This document shows positions 23,975 through 36,670 of a stretch of DNA of 64,000 bases, piece after piece. The position numbers and the translations under genes were made by a program. The first letter of the stretch is position 1; each line of letters opens with the position of its first letter. Source of the DNA: Lama guanicoe (taxonomy: Eukaryota); contig MU054323.1 in the NCBI GenBank assembly GCA_013239625.1, positions 4,887,220 to 4,951,219 of the forward strand. Direction: 5' to 3'. The notes beneath the pieces were generated by a model. That model was not told the origin of the DNA, searched no databases, and was given only the letters and a program-made list of their open reading frames with translations.

Positions 23975-26900
23975 TATGTATCCTTTCTGTCTGACTTCTT
24001 TTACTGACCATAATTTACTCACATTATTTTGTGTATCACTTGCCCATTCTATTTTATTGCTAGTTACTATTTTATTTTTTAGATGTACTACAATAAAAAA
24101 GAAATCATCCATTTACTTGTTGGTTCTTAGGCTGTTTCCATTTTGGCCTGTAACAAATAAGGTCACTATGAACATGTCTTTGTATGGACATATGTTTTCT
24201 TTTCTCTGGGATGAATATCTACTGGTAGAATGGCTGAATTATGGTGGGTGAACGATTTACTTTCTAAGAAACTGCCAGCTGTTTCCCAGGCGCTCTCACC
24301 ACTTTACATTCCCATCACCAATGTATGAAATTTCTAGTTACTTCACATCCACCTTCACCAACACTTGGTAGGCTCAGTCTTTTTAATATTTTAGCCATTC
24401 TAAATAGGTTTGTAGTGGTTTCTCATTGTGGTTTTAATTTGCATTTCCCTAATAATTATTTGGTCATATAATTATTTGGTCTTTATATCGTCTTTGGTAA
24501 GGTTTCTGTTTTAAGTCTTTTGGCTACTTTTTTATTGACTTTTTTCATTATTACTTTGAAAAGTCTTTATATATTTTGGATGTAAATTCGATGTTCGTTA
24601 TATGCTTTGCAAGTATTTTCCTCCAATATATGGTTTATCTTTTTATTCTCCTAAGGATATCTTTCAAATGGGAAACATTTAAATTTTTGATTAATTTAAA
24701 AATTTGGTTTAAAATTCTGATTACAGTTGTTCCACTACTGTTCATTGAAAAGATTACTCTTTCTCCACAAAAATATATTTTTACCTTTGTCAAAATGAGC
24801 TTTTCAGACCTGTTTTGGAGTTCCAATTCAAGATGGCGATGTAGGAAAATCTTGAAATCACCTCCTCCCACAGACACAGATTCCGCAGCTAAAACTAAAG
24901 GCTGGCTGAGGGATGAGTACACATTGGACAACAAGAAAGAAATGACATCAAGGTGATTGGACAACAAGAAGAAAATCACATCAAGGTGGGTAAGAGGGGC
25001 TGGGACACAATTTTGTCATAATCCCCACCCCTGGGGCTGTGACCTACAACCAGGAGGAAATGAGCCAGAGCTTCTTCCTGAGGAGTGAGCGGTTGGGATG
25101 CCTGATATGGGAAATTTGGGGAAGCACACTTGAGAGAGGAGTCTCCAACATATCTGGGACTTTAAAGACCAATGAGGGCTCACATGCCAAGACTCCTAAG
25201 ACTTTAATGATCAGAGAAGCTTCTTTTAAAGGGCTTAGGGCCCAGCTCAGAGACAGCCCAGACTTAAAGTGAAGGAGGCTCACCTGCTTATATTAAAGTG
25301 TTGGCCTGAAAGGCAGGCATCTAATTTAGCACACACATTTAGGAGCCTGTTGGAACAGAGACTGATGGGCGCTACCTTTGCACTGTCCCTTTGCCATGTT
25401 CCAGAGCAACAGTGTCTCCTGGAGGGGAGTTTTTGCATGAGTCTGGTGCCCCAATTTTTGCAGCTGCCCTAAGGAAACGCCTCTTGATCACCTGGCACTG
25501 GAGGCCAGAAGAGCTTATGTTCCTGGTCCCATGGGACTGCAATAATCAGTGACACACATAAAGACCCATATGTGTGGGTCTACTTCTGTACGCACTATGT
25601 TTCATTGATCTAATTTGTCTATCTTTATGCCAATGCTTCACCATTTTGATTATCCATAAAGTACTGAACTCTTAAACTTTGATATTTTTCAAACTTGTTT
25701 TGGCTATTCCATGTCTTGCATTTCCAGATTAATTTTATAATCAGCTTAGCAATATCTATAAAAAAAAAGTGAGCTAGGGTTACAATATCATCTCACTGAA
25801 TTCATAGATCCAATCGAGGAGAATTATTATTTTTAGAATATTGGATCTCTCTACCCTTGAACATTGCATATCTATCTCCCCATTTATTTAGACAGTCTTT
25901 AATTTCTCTCAGAAATGTTTTATAGTTTTCAGTTTGACAGTCTTACATATATCTTATATATATCATGAGATTTCTCCTTATACAGTTTATTTTTATATTT
26001 TTTAAGGTGGTAACTTTTTATTTTAATTTCCAATCATTTAGTGCTAGTATATAGAAACAAAATTGAGTTTTGTGTATTGCTCATGTGTCTTACAAACTTG
26101 CAGATAACTTATTAGCTCTAATAGGTTTTTCGGTAGATTCCAATAAATATTCTACATAGATGATGATTTTGTCTATGAATAAAACACTTTTACTTCTTCC
26201 TTTTCAACTGAATGACTTTTAGTTCATCCTCTTTCCCTGTTGTAGTGATCAGTGCAATAAAAAGAGAATACAAGAGACAAGAGAACATCCTATTGTTGTT
26301 CTGGATCTTTGACCAAATGCATTTTGCCTTTTCCCATCGAGATTGATGTTAGTATAGGTTATTTATCAATTCCCTTTATCAAAATGATGAAGTTTCCTGC
26401 CGTTCCTCATTTGCTGAGAGAACGAATGCTGAATTTTATCAAATGCTTTTCTGCATCTACTTATGATGACCATATATTTTATTTCTTAATTTGTCAATAT
26501 GTTGAGTTACATTGATGGATCTTTGAGTGAGAAACCAACATTGCATTTCTGTGATAAACCCCAGAACTGATCATGATCTATTATCCTTTTTTACATACTG
26601 TTAAACATGATTTAATGAAATTGTATTTGAATATTTTTGATCAACACTCATGAGGGACATTATACTCTTGTGTTTGTTGTATTGTTATTTTTATGTCTTT
26701 GTCTTGTTTTGGTATCAGAATAATTCTGGTCTCATATGCTGAGTTGGGAATAGTCTCATCTTTTCAATTTTCTAGATCACTTTGTGTATAACTGATTTAA
26801 TTTCTTCCTTAATTACTTGGTAGAATTCACAAATGAAAACATCTGGTCCTGGAGTTTTCTTTGCAGAAAGGTTTTAACTATAAATTCAATTTATTTAATA

Positions 26901-28640
26901 GATAATAGGTCTATTCAGATTATATATCTCATCTTTGAGCAAGCTTTGATAGTTTATGTCTTTCAAGGGATTTGCTTATTTCATCTAAGTTGCCAAATTT
27001 ATTGACATAAATTTGCTTACAGTATTTTCGCATTATCCTTTTGCTATCTCTTAGAATTTGTAGTGACATCAGCTGTCATTCCCAATACTGGTAATTTGTA
27101 TTTCTCTCCTTTTTCCTTATTAGCCTGTCTATAGTTTTATCAAGTTTATTGATCTTTTGAAGGAACCAGACTTTGATTAATTGATTTTCTCTAATATTTT
27201 TCTTTTTAATTTTTCAGTGAATTCAACTCTGGCCTTTATTATTTCCTTCACTCTGCTTACGTTGAGTTTAACTTGTTCTTATTTATTTGGTTTTATAAAA
27301 TAGAAGCTGAGGTTATTGATTTAAGACCATTCATCTTTTCAAACACAGGCCTTTAGTATTATAAATTTCCCACTAAGTACTGCCTTAGTGATATACCACT
27401 ATTTTTGATATGTTTTCATTTTTCATTCAATTCAAAATATGTTCTAATTTCTCTCTCCTTCCTTGGTCCCTAGGTTATACAGAAATGTCTTATATAGCTT
27501 TCAAATACCTAGGGATTTTCCAGAAAGCTTTCTGTTACTGATTTAAATCCATCGTGGTGTGGGAACATATTTTGTGGCTCGAATCATTTTTAAATTTATT
27601 GAGGCAATTTTTTGTGTAGCCAAAAATGTTGTTTATTTTGGAAAATATTTCACGAGCCCCTGAAAAAGGAATATGTACTCTGTTGCTGGTTGGAGTGCTC
27701 TGAAGATGTCAGCAGGGCAGTTGGTTGATGTTGCTGTTTAAGTCTTATATCCTTGGAGATTTTGTATATCCTTGTTCTATCAATTATGAAGAGAAGGTTA
27801 TTGAAATCTTCAACTGTAATTTGGTTTTATCTTTTCCTCCTTACACTGGCATTCATTTTTGCTCAACTATTTTGAAAATCTATTGTTAGTACCTAGACAT
27901 TTAGGATTGTTATGCCCTTTGGATGTACTGACTCCTTTCTCAGGTGAAATGAGCTCCCTTACCCCAGGTAACGCTCTTTTCTCTGAATTATACTTTGTCT
28001 GGTAGTAACATAGCTACGACATCTTTTGTTTGACTAATGCGAGCAAAGTATATTTTTTTCTTTTATCCCTTTCCTTTTTGCCTGTTTGTGGCTATGTGTT
28101 TAAAATATTATATATATATATATATGCAGCATACAGCTGTCTTGTATTTTTTAATTATTTAATTTTTAACATTATTTAGACCATTTATATGTAATGTGCT
28201 AATTTACTTAATTAGGTTTAACTCTATCATCTTGCTGTTTGTTTTCAAGTTTGCCAAGTTTTTAATCCATTTTTCTTCTTTTTCTTCCTTCATTTCTGTT
28301 AATAAGTTTTTAAATAATTCCCCTTAATATCCTTTGCTGGCTTATCAGCTATAATTTTTGTTTTGTTCTTTTAGTGGTTGCTTTAGGGATTGTAGTCTAT
28401 ATCTTTAATTTGCCACAGTCTACTTTTAACTGGTGTTATGCTACTTCACATATAAGAAGATTACAATATACGTTCATTTTGTCCCTCCAGGCCTTTATGC
28501 TAATATTGCTGTGCACTTTACAATACATCTGTTTTAATCCCCACTACACTGCGATCATTTTTGTTTAAATAGTCAAGTATTGTTAAAAAGATATTTTAAA
28601 AATCTTTCCTAATAGAAGAAATCTTATATAGTTGCCACTA
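23975..28640 (-). mobile_element. Second long old L1 (most of ORF2, decayed)
   Basis: L1 sequence restarts near its 3' end at ~23975 and continues antisense: catctggtcctggagttttctttgcagaaagg, gtattgaaatcttcaactgtaat. Confidence 0.85.
24801..25562 (+). mobile_element. Isolated L1 5'UTR fragment nested in the older L1
   Basis: GC-richer block with caagatggcg (YY1-type L1 5' motif), similar to the 5'UTR at ~46297; the host L1 resumes at gacccatatgtgtgggtc. Confidence 0.75.
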
Positions 28641-28929
28641 TATATTTCATGTTCCTGTCCACTAGGTGAAGAGGTGTCATTGAACACCACAAGCTCTTTG
28701 CTGTGATGCCTACAGAGAAATGCCCTGAGAGAGGCAATGGACCAGAAGTAGAAGGTGGCTTACCTGAAAAGCAACCTAGCTTCAAGTCAACTCAGTCCAT
28801 AAGAATTTATATGAATAGGCTCTCAGTCTATCTGCCTAGCAGGAAAAAAAAAAAAAAAGGTAAACATTTTCTTGAGGAAAGCAGTATCATCTAGATCATC
28901 TACAATTTTTTCATTACCAAAAAAGGGGG

Positions 28930-29460
28930 GCTAGATCATTGGATTCCCAGAAAGAGAGGATAGAGAGAGTGGGAGAAAGCAATACTTGAAGAAATAAAAA
29001 CTATTGGGTAAACAATTGATAAAGATATCAAGCCACAGTTTCATAGAGTTTTGTGATGCTCTGCAAACTCCAAACACAATAAATACTTAGAAAATCACAC
29101 CAATACACAGAGTAAAATGGTTGAAATCTACATGAAAATAAAAGAATCCTAAAACAGTAAAATTTGGAAAGGTGATTAAAAGGCACAACAATAAAATCAG
29201 CAACTGACATCTCAACAGAAATTATGGAAGACAGAAGTCAAAAATATAATTTTTTAATGTTCTGGGAAAAAAGGATTGTCAATCTAGAATCCAACACATA
29301 GAAAATGTATTTTAAATTTAAGCAGACATAAATACATTTTCGGAAACTTAAAGACTAAATAATTCACTACCAGCGTAGCGTACATGAATTAAAATAAATT
29401 GAGATAATTTCAGACAATAGTAAAATAAATCCAGACAGAAACACAAAAATGAAGGCTGTA
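28930..29460 (+). mobile_element. L1 ORF1 C-terminal fragment
   Basis: attggattcccagaaagagagg...caactgacatctcaacagaaattatggaagacagaag...caatctagaatc. Confidence 0.75.
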
Positions 29461-29935
29461 TGGAAAAGTGGAAGGAGGTTATCATCATTTTTATATAAAT
29501 GAATCCATGTCTTCCCCAGAGAAATCAGCACTGCAAACTGCAGATTTTGAGCCATAAAAGACTCTTTTGACTTCTTATGCCCAAGACAATGGTTGTCTAT
29601 ACACTTTACATTGTAACTTAAAGTGTCTATCAAAAATGTTTTTAATAGAAAATGGCTCTAACTAACCTGAACTCTCCATCCTTAGACACAAGAGAAGCTG
29701 TCATTCTCTTTACCCTCTTCAGTGGGAATGCATTAAACATATGCCTTGAGAAATCACAGAATAACAACTTACTCAGTATTATGGAGTCAGAGAAGCCTTC
29801 CTGAAATGCGATATCGTAACCTGACCCCTAAAAGTCAAACTTTGCATGAAGAAACATATACTGATGTTAAAGAGGACAATAAGCATTCAGTAAAACACCA
29901 GTCACGCAGTATGATTTAAACTAAAAAGGCACTCA

Positions 29936-30256
29936 TTGATTTACAAAAAAGACACAAATAAACTTATTTATAAAGCAGAAACAGACTCACAGACATAGAG
30001 AACAAACTTATGGTTACTAGGGGATGTAGAGGGTAGGAAGGGATAAATTGGGCATTTGAGATTTGCAGATACTAAACACTATATATCAAATAAACAGTAA
30101 ATTTATAATGTATAGCACAGGGAACTATATTCAATATCTTGTAGTAACTTATAATGAAAAGGAATATATGTATGTATATGTATGACTGAAACATGCTGTA
30201 CACCAGAAACTGACACATTGTAGACTGACTGTGCTTCAATTAAAAAAAAATTTGTT
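29936..30256 (+). mobile_element. 5'-truncated artiodactyl/camelid L1 3' end
   Basis: cagaaacagactcacagacatagagaacaaacttatggttact...gtatagcacagggaactatattcaatatcttg plus A-tail; TSD aaaggca(c/t)tca at 29925-29935 and 30257-30267. Confidence 0.9.
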
Positions 30257-30794
30257 AAAGGCATTCAGAAAAATGTTGAGAGGTTGAACTTGAAGGGAAA
30301 AAAGGAAGGTGAACAGATCGTAAGCGGATTTCTGGCGATTTTTTTGGTGCAAAAGAAAAGAAATGCATTACAAAGAATGGGTTGGAAGTACATAAATAAA
30401 GGCAAGAAGTGCATTAGCGTGCTTGGCATAGAGCATTTGTTTGTAACATACAGAATGTGCAGCTTTTATGGGAAGTAAGCTCATGCCATCCCATCCCCTT
30501 CTCACTTTACAACCAAAGAATGAGAATACCTATCTGAATTCATCATCTTCCAGGCATTGATTAGACAACAATGCTCTGGAAAATTACCTATCCTTCTGTT
30601 GGTATTAAGTCTTTTAGAGATCTCTGTCTTCTTCCCAGGACTTATGGAGATAAAGACTTGGCCCAGTATCTGCCTCTGATCATCGGGAGATAATATCATT
30701 CTCTTTCTTTGAACCAGCTTCTCCCGCTATCTGACATCTCATTGTCAATCTTACTCCCTTTCTCATTGCTTTTCCTTCTACGTTGCTGACCCAG

Positions 30795-31075
30795 ATAATT
30801 TATGCTAGCTGCCACAACATATCACTCCTGAAATCTCAGTAGCTGAACACAACAAAGATTTATTTCTGGATCCCAGAGTCTGAGAAGACAGGAAGTCTGC
30901 TTCCTGGCAGGAGAACAAAAGAATGGAGAAAGCCCACTGCTTCCAGTGGCCTCTGGCTGGTAGTGTGACACACACCACTTCCACTCACAAGCCATCCACC
31001 AGAGCTAGTAACCAGCGACCAGGCCTCAAACTAATGGCCAAGGGAGGCTAGGAAATACGGAGGCACACATGGAAT
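30795..31075 (-). mobile_element. Old MaLR LTR (MLT1J/K-like)
   Basis: aaatctcagtagctgaacacaacaaagatttatttct...cacttccactcac...aagggaggctaggaaat. Confidence 0.65.
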
Positions 31076-31321
31076 AGTGCTTTTCTCTCCTGAAAAGTCT
31101 CATGTGGCTGCTCTGGAGTCTCTCTTTCTCTCATTAACGTATCTGCTTAGAGTTTTCCAACTTTCAGTTGTTTCTGTGTTTGCATATGCAGCATCTCATT
31201 TAAAGTTTCGCAACAACTTTGAGATACAGGCTTTGTTGAATGTGACTAATCTGCTTAAAGTCACAATTGCACTGGAGAAGTGGTCCAAGATCTTAACTGG
31301 GAGCTCCTAACTCTACACTGT

Positions 31322-31490
31322 TAGTGGTTCTCAAACTCCAGCCCCCTTCAGCCTGCATCAGAATCACTTGGATGACTTGTTAAAGCACAGATGACTGAGC
31401 TCCACTTTAGTGTTTCTGATTCAGGGGGTCTGTGGCACCCAAGAATCTTCCTTCTAACAAGTCCACAGTGATGATAATGCTTTTGGACTT
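31322..31490. mobile_element. MER5A (hAT-Charlie MITE)
   Basis: agtggttctcaaact...gcatcagaatcacttgg...cttgttaaagcacagat...tttctgattcag. Confidence 0.85.
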
Positions 31491-31854
31491 CTTCGAAAAT
31501 GGACCCTAAAATCTTTTCTCCTCTGTTTTTCTTTGTCATGAAGAATTATTGTAGTAACCCCTTACTAAACTAAATTTCATAACTCATTCGTGGGTAACAA
31601 TACAGGTATATATGTTAGGCTGTTTGATATTTCCACTCCAACATGTGCTAGATCAAACCATAAATTGATCAAAAATTGCAATTTGGCTGAAACTTGAAAG
31701 GATAGGATACAGGCTAATAGACTCTATCTTGGATCCCTCTATTAATAAAAAGGGGAAAAATCATAAATTTACACATGTGGTGGTAAATAAAAAAATATTT
31801 GCTGACTCCAGCGCTAGTTGGTATTTTGAAAACTGACCTTAAACAAGGACCAGT

Positions 31855-32075
31855 AATAACAATAGTTAACATCTGTGGCGCACTTGTTCTATGGCAGCAA
31901 TCATACCCTTGTCCTGCCTGGATTCTACCAGAAGACGCAGATACAATCATTATCTTTCTTTTACAAGTGGGGAGACTGAGTCTGCAAAGGTGAGGTCACT
32001 TGCCAACATCTCCAGGCTGATGTTAGGTAAAAGCCACTAGGTGTCAGATCCCAGGAGTTTAAGCATCACGTGCTG
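31855..32075 (-). mobile_element. MIR SINE
   Basis: ttttacaagtggggagactgagtctgcaaaggtgaggtcacttgcc. Confidence 0.7.
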
Positions 32076-32139
32076 TGATGGCAAAACTGACCAAAAAAAT
32101 TATGTTTCAAAAGTTTAACCTTAAGCCACTATTACTTGA

Positions 32140-32252
32140 AAAACAAAGACACCATGAGAAAACCAACAATAGACCTTAAGAATAGAGATGCAAAAATACT
32201 CAACAGAATAGCAGCCAGCCACATCCAGCAACATATAAACAGGGTTATACCC
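32140..32252 (+). mobile_element. Small internal L1 ORF2 (RT region) fragment
   Basis: agatgcaaaaatactcaacagaatagcagccagccacatccagcaacatataaac encodes a DAKILNRI..HIQQHI-like stretch. Confidence 0.75.
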
Positions 32253-34271
32253 CTCTTTTCTGGCTGTGTTATATCACAGCAGCCTCCACGAGGGACAAAC
32301 CATAGAGCGTAAAGTATAATAAAATGTTGAATTGAATACATCTTTCCGAATCAGGAATCAGTTCAGGAGGGGGACATGGTGTCAGCAACATTTGCAGACT
32401 CTTCATAGCCCTCCTTCCTGACGCGTTTTCCATCCTGCAGGCCGACATGCAGAGCAGAGGCCAGGCTGTGGGTTCTGAGGAAGGGAGACTCACGGGCTCG
32501 CCTCCTTTTCTTTGGAGGAAGACACCGCCAGACTCTTCTCCCTGAGCATCCCATCTGCCCCAAGCCACAAGGAGCCCTGGTGTACGTGTTTGCTGTCCAG
32601 AGGGGAAGGGGAGTGGGAACAGCTTTCCAGTTCTTTCTGTCCATGTCCCTTGGCAGGCAGAACCACAGGCCCATCTGTTCTCTTCTCAGAGTCAGCCCAC
32701 CCACCCTTGATCTTTCTTTTCCTTCTGGATTTCACATTTCCCAGAAGAACCAAATTATTATTAGGTCCTCCTCAGCTCTCGACTTCTCAGACTGTCTGAG
32801 ACCACCCCCTCCCTGGCAAGCCTTGGTTTCTAAAAGTGCAAGCCCCCAGGGACCACACAATCACCAATTTATGCATATGGATAAGTAACTCTTCTTAGTG
32901 ACACGCGTGGTTTACAAGTAATAAATACACAAAATCAATAATGATAATAATAATGTATAAGCAATGGAATTTTTCAACATCCAGACAAGCCTATTCTAAC
33001 ACATACAATGAGAGAAATTAACACAGATTTTTGCGGCTATACCTCACTTACTGCTTCCAAAGCCACTTGCCATCAAGAAATTCCAAGATGTCTAAGAAGG
33101 GATATTGCCTAACCAGTCCGATCATTTGTGTACTATTTCCTAAGATGTGTTTCCTCAACATCCTTTTCTACCACTCCACTCCGAAACAAAAATCCCAGAA
33201 AGCTGAGGTAGAGATGCTCTGTGAGAAGTGAGCTGACCTTGACTCAGTCCCAGGGTGACAATGAAAGATTGAATAAATACCAAGCCTCCTTACGTGTGAG
33301 CGGGTGTGAGCATTCAGGTAGTTCGGAGAGATGAGATAGAGCAACCATAGCCCCAACAGACGCCTACATGCTCCACACTGCAGTAAAAGGTGACCACTGT
33401 GTTCATTAGCTATGTCTGTGGCTGGTGACAGACTATTCCCCATCCACTGGGGAAGCATTAATTGCAGGATATCAGCCAGCATGTCCTGGAAATGAACACT
33501 GCTGCAGAGAGAATTATCAAAAAGCTTCAGAAAGTCTTTTTAACAATTTCAATTGGTTGCATTTTCCATACCAGGAACAGAGTTAGGTGATGACTGTGCA
33601 TTAAACAGTAGCAAAGGCATATTCACCTGGAACTGGGTTGGTTTCTACAAACACACCAATCTTCCCCAAATCTTCAAATCTTCCTAGAGGCGAACTGACC
33701 AGAGTCCCTGCTGGATTCATAGGCGGACGCTGTGAAGCCACCGCGTGAGCAAGGGGACTAATCCCTTCAGAGAACAGGAGGTAAAGCCAAGTTATCTGGG
33801 AGGTAGGGGATGGCTAGGGGTGAGTAGGAATTTTTGACATGAAATTCAGTACTTCTCATTTCAAGTTTGACATTCTCTTTCTTCATTTAGGCAATACACA
33901 CTGAGTAATTGGCACTTACTCTGTTGTCTTTCAAGAGACAAGACTGTTAATATCACAACTTTTCCAGTGTACATCATTTAATTTTATGTTTGTTTTTAAT
34001 GTCACGTAGATCCAGCTTCTCCCCACAAGCACTAATAATAGCTCATTTGCATAATTATTCATCGATTACAAACACTTGAGTGTATATAATCTTAGGTGTG
34101 CTTTGCAACTCTCCTAGTAGTGACTGAGTTCAAGTTGTTCTGGTCACACATTACGGACATATAGCAAAATGTATTTAAAATATACAGAGACCACTGTAAG
34201 TATCCTATTCTAAAAGCTTTTTGAAAACACAAAATATTCAGGACATATGGAAATATAGCTCAGATCTAAAG

Positions 34272-34494
34272 CAGGCACTGGCAAACTGCCACCCACAGGC
34301 CAAATTTGACCTGTAGCCTGCTCTTGTACATAAAGTTTTATTGGAATACAGCCATGATCATGGTTGACAGACTGTCCATGGATACTTTCATGCTCCATTT
34401 TCAGAGCTGAATAGTTATGATGGAGACCATATGGCCTGCAAAGCCAACACTATTTACTCTCTGGTCCTTGTCAGAAAAAGTTTGCCACTCCCTG
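34272..34494. mobile_element. MER58A (hAT-Charlie MITE)
   Basis: TIRs caggcactggcaaact and agtttgccactccctg; 8-bp TSD atctaaag/gtctaaag. Confidence 0.9.
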
Positions 34495-34545
34495 GTCTAA
34501 AGCATGGAAAAAAGATGAGGATATTAAACTCACTATGCCTTAGAG

Positions 34546-34831
34546 CGGGATTACTCAAAACGTGGTCTGCACAAAGATGTCAGTCTGTGATTCAATAAAC
34601 ACAGAAATTGAGAGTAAATGTTTAGAAACTTCTCTAGCAGTTTGACAAAGTAATTTTAATGTCTGTTGAGTCTAATAATTATTCAAACAGCAGGCTTATA
34701 TTTTACATTTTATTTTACTGGTTATCATTTTTAAAAGTAATTTCCCTGCAATTTGTTTATCTTATCAATGTGTAAAGGAATGGCATTTTTTTTTAAAAGA
34801 GTTCTTCATGTCAGACAGTGTGATAGTACAG
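34546..34831. mobile_element. hAT-Charlie MITE (Charlie4-like; subfamily uncertain)
   Basis: tactcaaaacgtggtc...acagaaattgagagtaaatgtttagaaac; 8-bp TSD ccttagag/ccctagag. Confidence 0.75.
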
Positions 34832-35141
34832 CCCTAGAGCACAGGTGGTCAAATTTATCCACCAAGGGGCCAGAATTCGCCAACACAAAAGGCTTATGGG
34901 GTGTTATTTTTGCTTGCAAAATATATGATCTGGAATATTTCAATACTTCTGTCTTTTGGTAGCTGGAGAAGCATTTATCTCTGCATTCAGTCATCAACCC
35001 TTCATCATAACATCAGTGAACCTCATACTGACAATGGATACACTCTTCTTTGGCCAAGCTGCAAGAAGAAACACAGAAAAATATGTGGACTCCGTTTCTA
35101 ACATTCGTCTTGGACTTGAAGTCAGAGTTCTTTGGTCTATT

Positions 35142-35174
35142 GTGTGTGTATATGAGTGTGTGTGTGTGTGTGTG
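35142..35174. repeat. (TG)n microsatellite
   Basis: Seen directly. Confidence 0.95.
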
Positions 35175-35699
35175 ACTTGACCTAACTGAGAAGAATGGGA
35201 AAATAGGTGCTACACATTTTAGAAACAATTTTAGAATTTAGAATTATTGGCTTCTTTATTAATGCATATTTAGATTATGTTGGAATTTGATTTTATACCA
35301 GTACATATCAGTAGATATTAAACTGGAAAAAGATGCTACTTTTGTCTCCTAGTCTAAAAAGAAATAAAGATCCTTATAAGACATAAGGTATGAAATGTTG
35401 ATTCTGTGAGCCTGAAAATTACTTATCAGACACTCAAAATCCCTTCCAGGCCCCAATAGCCATAAACTTCAGTTTCCTGTTGCCATCGATGATTTAAATG
35501 TTTTCATACGTAGTACTGAATGAATTCATAACATCCAGTTAGACAATAACCCCAAAAGTGAGAGCCAACTGCAAGAGGGATTTGTCTTCCAGGACTCTTG
35601 ATCCCTTTGTAATATGCACACCTCCCAGCCTAATCTGCCAGCCTCTCTAATATGTGGTTGCCTAGATTCATTTCTGCACACCAAAGCCTTCTGTGGGGA

Positions 35700-36130
35700 G
35701 AAGGCCCTTGCTGGGCATCGCTGGTAAACAAATTAGAGAAACTCCATTATGCTGTATGAAAGGCCTAGCATTTTCTCTTGCTGATGGTAATTAAGTTCAT
35801 CTAAAGGTCAGTTGTGAAGGGCCCTCTGCTATCACGGCTGCCTTATTAGGAGAGCTTTGTCATGTTTAATTCTGCAGCATTGCAGTGGAGAGTTCATAAG
35901 AACTGGAACCCATCCAGCCCCGGAACTAGATGGCTTTGTGTCCGTGAACGCTCACAGCACATTATGTTTCTTCAGCTCGCCTCTTCAGCTCGCCTCCCCC
36001 GCGGCAGAGTTGGAGAACAGAGGGGAGGAGGTGTTCTGTAGCTGCAAACACAGCTGCTTTTGAGGGAGCAATTCCCAATTAATTCACATTTATGAATAGC
36101 TGGGTCCCCCTACTCCCCTGCTATAAAATC
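35700..36130. promoter_or_regulatory. Candidate enhancer in repeat-free DNA
   Basis: Perfect CArG box CCTTATTAGG (35841-35850), forkhead GTAAACA, TAATTA, AGGTCA half-site and E-box CAGCTG; motif evidence only. Confidence 0.35.
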
Positions 36131-36558
36131 CCTCGTAAGTTTAATATAAATTATATTATTAAAATTGTTTATAAGTGCCAAGTATAAGTTAGCATTTGGC
36201 AAGAGCTCCTAATTCAGATGTCTCTACAATGCCACCAATTCAAATGCTTCCACGGTGCCACACATCCCATAGAGAGCACTTTCGGGTTGGATCTAGGGAC
36301 CCTCTGCATTTCTCGGTTGAGTGGTCTTCGAGCCAAGATGAACAGCTTGTGCTTGGGTTTTCACAAGTGTCTCCCTAAAATCTAATATTTATCACCTTCC
36401 CTCATCCACTTTCAAGAGACCTAACCAACTACAGAGATGATGCTACGACCCGGTTTGAGCATGAAGCTGTCTGGCTGGCCTCGTGTAAATCTTTCAGTCC
36501 CACTGGATCACTATTTCCTCACTGTAATGTGAAGAAGTGCTGTTGGTCAGTCTGTAAA

Positions 36559-36670
36559 TAGGTGACAATATAATCACCTGCAGTGGAACACTTCTGAAGT
36601 TGAAAGGGGGAGCTGGGACAACAGGTAGAGATCAGGACTGTTCCAGGCATGGTCCTGTATGGTCCTCTTT
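36559..36670. mobile_element. MER81-like (hAT-Blackjack MITE)
   Basis: ggtgacaatataat...tgaaagggggagctgggacaacagg...gtatggtcctct. Confidence 0.7.

Noticed and set aside
32269..32888. Stack of overlapping ORFs on both strands and a possible minus-strand acceptor near 32435
   Set aside because: Locally higher GC lowers stop-codon frequency; the acceptor is weak and no peptide is recognisable
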